From contig CAVPHZ010000001.1 of assembly GCA_963704905.1 (NCBI GenBank), positions 579,438-643,437 on the forward strand: a DNA stretch of 64,000 bases. The letters are read 5' to 3'. Below, piece after piece: positions 42,501 to 48,500 of this stretch (positions within the stretch are counted from its first letter, which is position 1; every line of letters begins with the position of its first letter). Position numbers and translations under genes: made by a program. The stretch comes from Candidatus Chisholmbacteria bacterium. GTDB taxonomy: Bacteria > Patescibacteriota > Microgenomatia > UBA1400 > Chisholmbacteraceae. The notes under the pieces were generated by a model. The model made no database searches. It was not told the DNA's origin and saw nothing but the letters and a program-made list of their open reading frames with translations.

Positions 42501-45500
42501 CAGCGGATATGAGCTGTTGGTGCAACTGAAGAGCGGAGTAGCAAGCGGGTCTACGGTTTTTGACCCCAATGGAACGGTGACGACCAATGCAACGGGTGGA
42601 GATTTCCATATCGACGATAACGCAACGGCGTTTTTGGATACAGCCACGAATACGATTGGGAGGGATATCGAAATTGACGGGGGAGCCAGGCTTAATATAA
42701 ATGGTAGTACGGATGTGAATGGTGGAGACATCACGCTTTCCGGCTCGAGTCCGAGAGTCGACACAACTGCGGGGACACCAACGGTGACCATGAGCAGTAC
42801 CGGGACAATCGGAGGGGGAACGACGCCAACGATTGCGTTCTACAATTTGGCTACTTCCGGGAGTGGAACAACTACTATTAGTAATACGGCAACAGTGAAT
42901 AATGATGTCTCAGTTGGAGCAGGCACTACCTTGCGTGTGAATGCCAACTTGAATGTTGACGGTGGTGATCTAACTACGACAACCACCGGATCGATAGACC
43001 ATACATCAGGGACACCAACCATTGATATTGATGGCACGGGCATACTTGGCGGAGGAAGTGGATCGATTACGTTTTATAATCTTGATTTGGGAGATGGGAC
43101 AAGTGATACAACCACGCTGGCGAGCACCATAACAGTAGATAATCAAATTACTATTAACAGTGATCAGACATTCACGGTTGGGAGTAACTCTGTAAATGTT
43201 GGGAGCGGATCAGTAACAGACAGCGGGACAATCAGCGTTGCGTCAAGTGGAGTGTTTAACCAGAGTGGAGGGACGACGACAGTTACGAGCTCTGATGGTT
43301 CGACTGCTCCAACTTTAGGAGGAGCTGGAACGACAACATTTTATAACTTTACTCTGGGATCTACTTCTGATGCGCGAACTTACACATTTGACGCCACCGG
43401 AGATATTACAGTTTCAAATAACATAACACTTACAGATCCAGGGATTGGAGATAGTCACAATCTTGATGTACAAGGAAACGATGTTGATGTAGGGAGTGGA
43501 TCAGTTACTGATTCCGGATCGATTACTGTTCCCAGTCGATCTCGTTATATTCAAGGTACCTCAGGTACAACCACAATACATTCATCAGATAATTCAACGG
43601 CACCAATTCTCGGAGGTGCAGGTGATACTACTTTCTATAATTTAATAATAGGTAATACATCAGACGCGCTTACAATTACAGTTGATTTCTCAGGAAGTAT
43701 TGAAGTGCTAAACGGTTTAATTGTTACTGATCCCGGAGTTGGTGATATTCATACATTGGACGCCTTGGGAAATGATTTGACTGTGGGATCTAGTGGGGCG
43801 ACTGATTCTGGGGATATTATTGTCGCTTTGAATGCAGTATTCACTCAGAGTTCCAGTGGGACAACCACTGTTTCATCAAGTGATACTTCGACAGCACCTC
43901 TCTTGGGGGGAGGAGGGACGACAACGTTCTATACGTTAAATGTCGGTTCGACAACAGCTGACAATTTAACCTATACATTTTCCACAGCTGGAAATATTAC
44001 CGTTAGCAATGTACTGACCATCCAAGATGCTGGAGGAGCTGATACACATACATTGAGCGCCTCGGATGATACTGTCACTTTGACTGGAACAGGGACGCCG
44101 TTTGTGGTGGATAGCAATGCGAGTTTTACCGAGTCAACTTCGACAGTAAACTACATTGGGGATGGGTCAACGAATGTTGCAGCAGAGGGCTACTATAATC
44201 TGGAGATTGGGAATAGTGCTAGTCTTGGAACGGGGAGAACCTATACTTCGCAGACCGGAACTATCACTGCTAGTAATAATCTGCTAGTTGGAGCCCCTTC
44301 AGGAAGTTTCACCCATCTTTTTGAGGTAAATACCAACGATACTACGATTACTGTGAGCGCTGATGTTGAGATTACAGCACTCGGAAGTTTTTCCGCATCA
44401 AGTAACACTGCCAATCCTTTGACCATTGGCGATGACCTCACCAACAATGGTACTTTCACCCACAACTCCGGGCGGATTGTGTTTAATGACTCCGGGAACA
44501 CGTCTACTCTTCTGTATGCTGGCAACACCACCTTTGGTGCCTTTGATGTCACCTCTGCCAGTAAGGCTATGGCATTTGACAGTGCTGATCAGACCATCAT
44601 TACTGGGACACTGACTATCAATGGTACTGCCTGCGGTACTCCCATTACCCTTTCTTCTGCCACCGGCGGCAACCAATGGGATGTTGATGCTCAAGGAAGT
44701 GTGAGTGTTGATTATGTCACTCTTACTGACAGCAATGCGATCACAGCTGTCTCTGCTACCAACAGCACCAGCGGAGGCAACAACAGCAACTGGACGATTA
44801 GCGGAGGAACTTGTGCTGATAACTGGGAAGGGATTGCTTACACCAATGATGATGAAGCCACCCCACTCTCAGCTGTCTCTGTGTGCGCGGTGGTCAATAG
44901 TGGAACACCGGTGTGTGAGAACACCAATGGGAGTGGCGTGTTTACCATTGTTTCCCAGGATGCCAGTGCCACTGACCAACTCACCTTCTTTGTTGACGGT
45001 GGCGCGACCTTCGGAAACACCACCACCATCAGTGATGGTGGAGACATCACTACTGGTGATAACCTGCGCCTCTACGAAGATCATGTGACCCTGCGGCATG
45101 AACAAGGAACCGATATCTCGATTGTTGACCTTGATGCCTATGACAATGATCAGAACAGCACCGACATGCTCTATGATGCTGAAGACCTGGCTACGGACAC
45201 CCTTGTCATAGAATCTGGCTATGAACTGTTTATCTACAACAGTTACACCTTTGACGCTGATGGAACGGTGACTACCCAAGGAGCTGGTGGGAACCTGCAA
45301 GTTGATAACAGTGCCACTGCCATTCTGGATACCACCTCCAACACCATTGCTAGTGACCTGATCATTGACTCGGGAGCCACCTGTACTCTCAATGGAGATA
45401 CTTCCATTAATGGAGGAGATATCACTATGAGTGGAACCAGCCCAGTTCTCAATACTACTGCAGGAACACCAACCGTGACCATGAGTTCAACAGGCTCCAT

Positions 45501-48500
45501 TGATGGAGGAACCACGCCAAGCATTACCTTCTATGACTTAGCAACAACAGGAACAGGAACTACCACCATTGCCAACGCAACAACGGTGAACAACGATGTC
45601 TCTGTTGGAACAGGAACCACTCTAAGAGTGAATGCCAACCTGAACATTGATGGTGGAGATCTGACTACGACAACCACAGGAAGTATTGATTACACATCAG
45701 GAACACCAACGGTTGATATTGATGGAACAGGAACTCTGGGAGGCGGGTCAGGATCCATCACTTTCTATACCCTCGACCTGGGAGATGGGACGACTGATAC
45801 TACGACGCTTTCATCTGACATGGCAGCAGATAACCAGGTGACCGTGAACACTGGACAGACGTTCTCCAATGCCTCAAGCAACGTAACCGTGGGAAGCTCA
45901 AGTGTTACAGACTCAGGGAGTATCACTGTGAGTGGTGTGTATAGTCAAGCGGGGGGGATAACCCGAGTCCAATCCTCTGATACATCAACAGTGCCAGTGA
46001 TAGGAGGCTCAGGAACTACTACTTTCTATAACCTAGCGGTAGGAACTGCATCAGACGCTTTAACCTACACGTTTGATTTAGCTAGTGATATCACAGCGAC
46101 TAACGATGTACAAATCACAGATGGAGGGGTGAGTGATACTCATACGCTGGATACAACTGGGAGCAATTTTGATATTGATGTAGGAGGGGATTGGATCAAT
46201 GATGAGGGTACAAGCGGTTTTACCGCTAATGCTTCAACGGTAACATTTACTGGTGTTACTTCTACCCAGCAGGTGTCTGGAACCTCGAGTTTTTATAACT
46301 TCACGGCAACCTTCGGGTCGGGTGCTATAGAGTTTGAACAGAGTCAGACACAGACCATTCTTACCGGTGGAGTGTTCACTATCGCCGGAACAAGCTGTAT
46401 TGATTACATTGATCTCTGGTCACAGTCACCGAGCACGGCTTGGAATATCAATCTGGTTGGCGCTGCTACAGCAAGCGTAAGCTATGTTCGGGTTACTGAT
46501 TCAAATGCAAGTGGAAACCCAATGACTGCGAATAACTCTCATAATGGAGGCGGAAATACTAATTGGACGATTGTGGTTGGTGAGTGTACTGGAACGTCAT
46601 CGTCTCCAACCGCAACTGGATTTTCTTTCCAGAGGAAAACATTTTTTGACAATGTGAACGCGCGGTATTGGTTGTTCTCACATAATGGCAGTGAAATTGA
46701 TATTCGTTATTCAACTGATGATGGTGGAACATGGAATACGGTTGCCGCGCTCTCTTATGATACTAATGACTTTTCTGTGTGGTGGGATCAGATTGGATCA
46801 ACGGAATATGTTTGGCTGGCGGTAGCCAATAACAATGACATTGTCGTAAGACAAGGTTCGCTTGGTCTTTCATCAATAACATGGGATGTGGATGAGTCTG
46901 TTGCCCTTGATGGCACAGGGGCGAGTGATACTTACTCGTATGCTTACCTTAGTATGGATAGCGCTGATTATCTTTGGGTAGGAGCGCGGCATTATGACGG
47001 TACGAATTATCATTATCTCACTGCTGCCACTCATGAGGGAGGTGGTTCGCAGACTGCTGACAGCGATCCATCAACTTGGACTTGGACAGGGGTGCCGCAT
47101 CAACTCACCGATGATCAAGCCAACACTAATGTATATGGTAATGTCGTTGCTTTAAACAACCAAGACATGTATGCAACCTTTGTGACCAATACATCGCTTC
47201 AGGGATGCTGGTGGGATGATAGCGATGGGAAGTGGGAAGACAATAGTGGCAGTTTATGCTCAGTTGTTGGTGATCCTACTATTGAACAACAGATCAACAT
47301 TATTGATCAGGAATATTCGACGACAGGAACGGATCAGCCTGGCAATAATAGTTTGGGGTTGGTTGCTTTTGACTCAGCAGATTACACTGGTGATACGGTC
47401 TATTTTGAGGCGATTATCCGTTGTGATAGTTGCACTGGTGGAAATACTGAGGTTGACGTGGCGCTGGTTGATGATACCAGCACAACGACGGTGACGACTG
47501 TAAGTAGTACATCTTCAACATATACAAGAGTTCGGAGTGGTTCGATATCTCCTACGGCTGATGAATATACTGTCGAAGTCACTCGGGACGCAACAGCAGG
47601 AACTGCCTATGTAAAAGCAGCGAGATTGCTCATTGTGCAAACGAGTGCAACCGATATTGACGATACTGTCAGTATGGTGGAGCTTGGCAACAATGATGCG
47701 ATGTTTGGGGCGCGAGTTCAGAGAGGGGCAACTACGATTTCTGCTGGGAGCGCAAGTGCTAATGCTACGCTCGGGCAGAGTGTCGATATAAGCCGTTCAT
47801 TTGCGATCTGCAGTCCTGGAGAATCTGGTGATACGGCACCAAATTCAATTACGTTTAGCTGCACGCTTTCGAGCAGTCAGCTCACATTTACTCGATATGG
47901 AAGTACTGGGACAGCTGCTTTACTCATAGAGTGGCAGGTAGTTGAGTACGACAATATCAGTGTTCAGACTGGGACAGAGACGTTTAATACCGCCTCAACT
48001 CAGGAGAATTTTACGAGTGGAGAAGGGATGACGGCAGTCCGGCTTGATAAGACATTTGTTGTTCTGACTGCGAGAAGTGATGGGACAAGTTTGAATGATA
48101 ATAATGACCGTTATGTTTCGCCAAATCTTACATCGACTACTAATTTACAACTCTCAAGAAATGCAACTAGCACAAATGTAACAGTAGATTTTTTCATTGT
48201 TGAATTCTTGGATGATACCTACGTTGAGCAATGGTCAGGGTTGACGATTCCTGACGCTGGAAGCACTGATGACTCAGCTAATCTCAGTGGAAGATCTGGG
48301 TCAGGCGTCGACACATCAAGATCATTTGCATTAGGTTATCAACGAGGGAGTTCGACTGATGACCAGGGGATGGATGCGAATACCATGACGCTTGAACTGA
48401 TTGATGCTGATACTGTTCGAGCTACGAGAACTGGATCGACATCAGGGTATGGAAATATGGAGGTTGAAGGTTGGGTGGTCGAGCTTCCGCAAGAGGGAAG

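Noticed and set aside
24859-45817. Possibility that the identical or near-identical repeats represent a CRISPR array or a diversity-generating retroelement (TR/VR pair).
   Set aside because: The repeats are 0.6-1.4 kb long, in-frame and protein-coding, with no short regular spacer/repeat periodicity. No reverse-transcriptase gene is present in the window, and the mismatches between copies are not adenine-specific.
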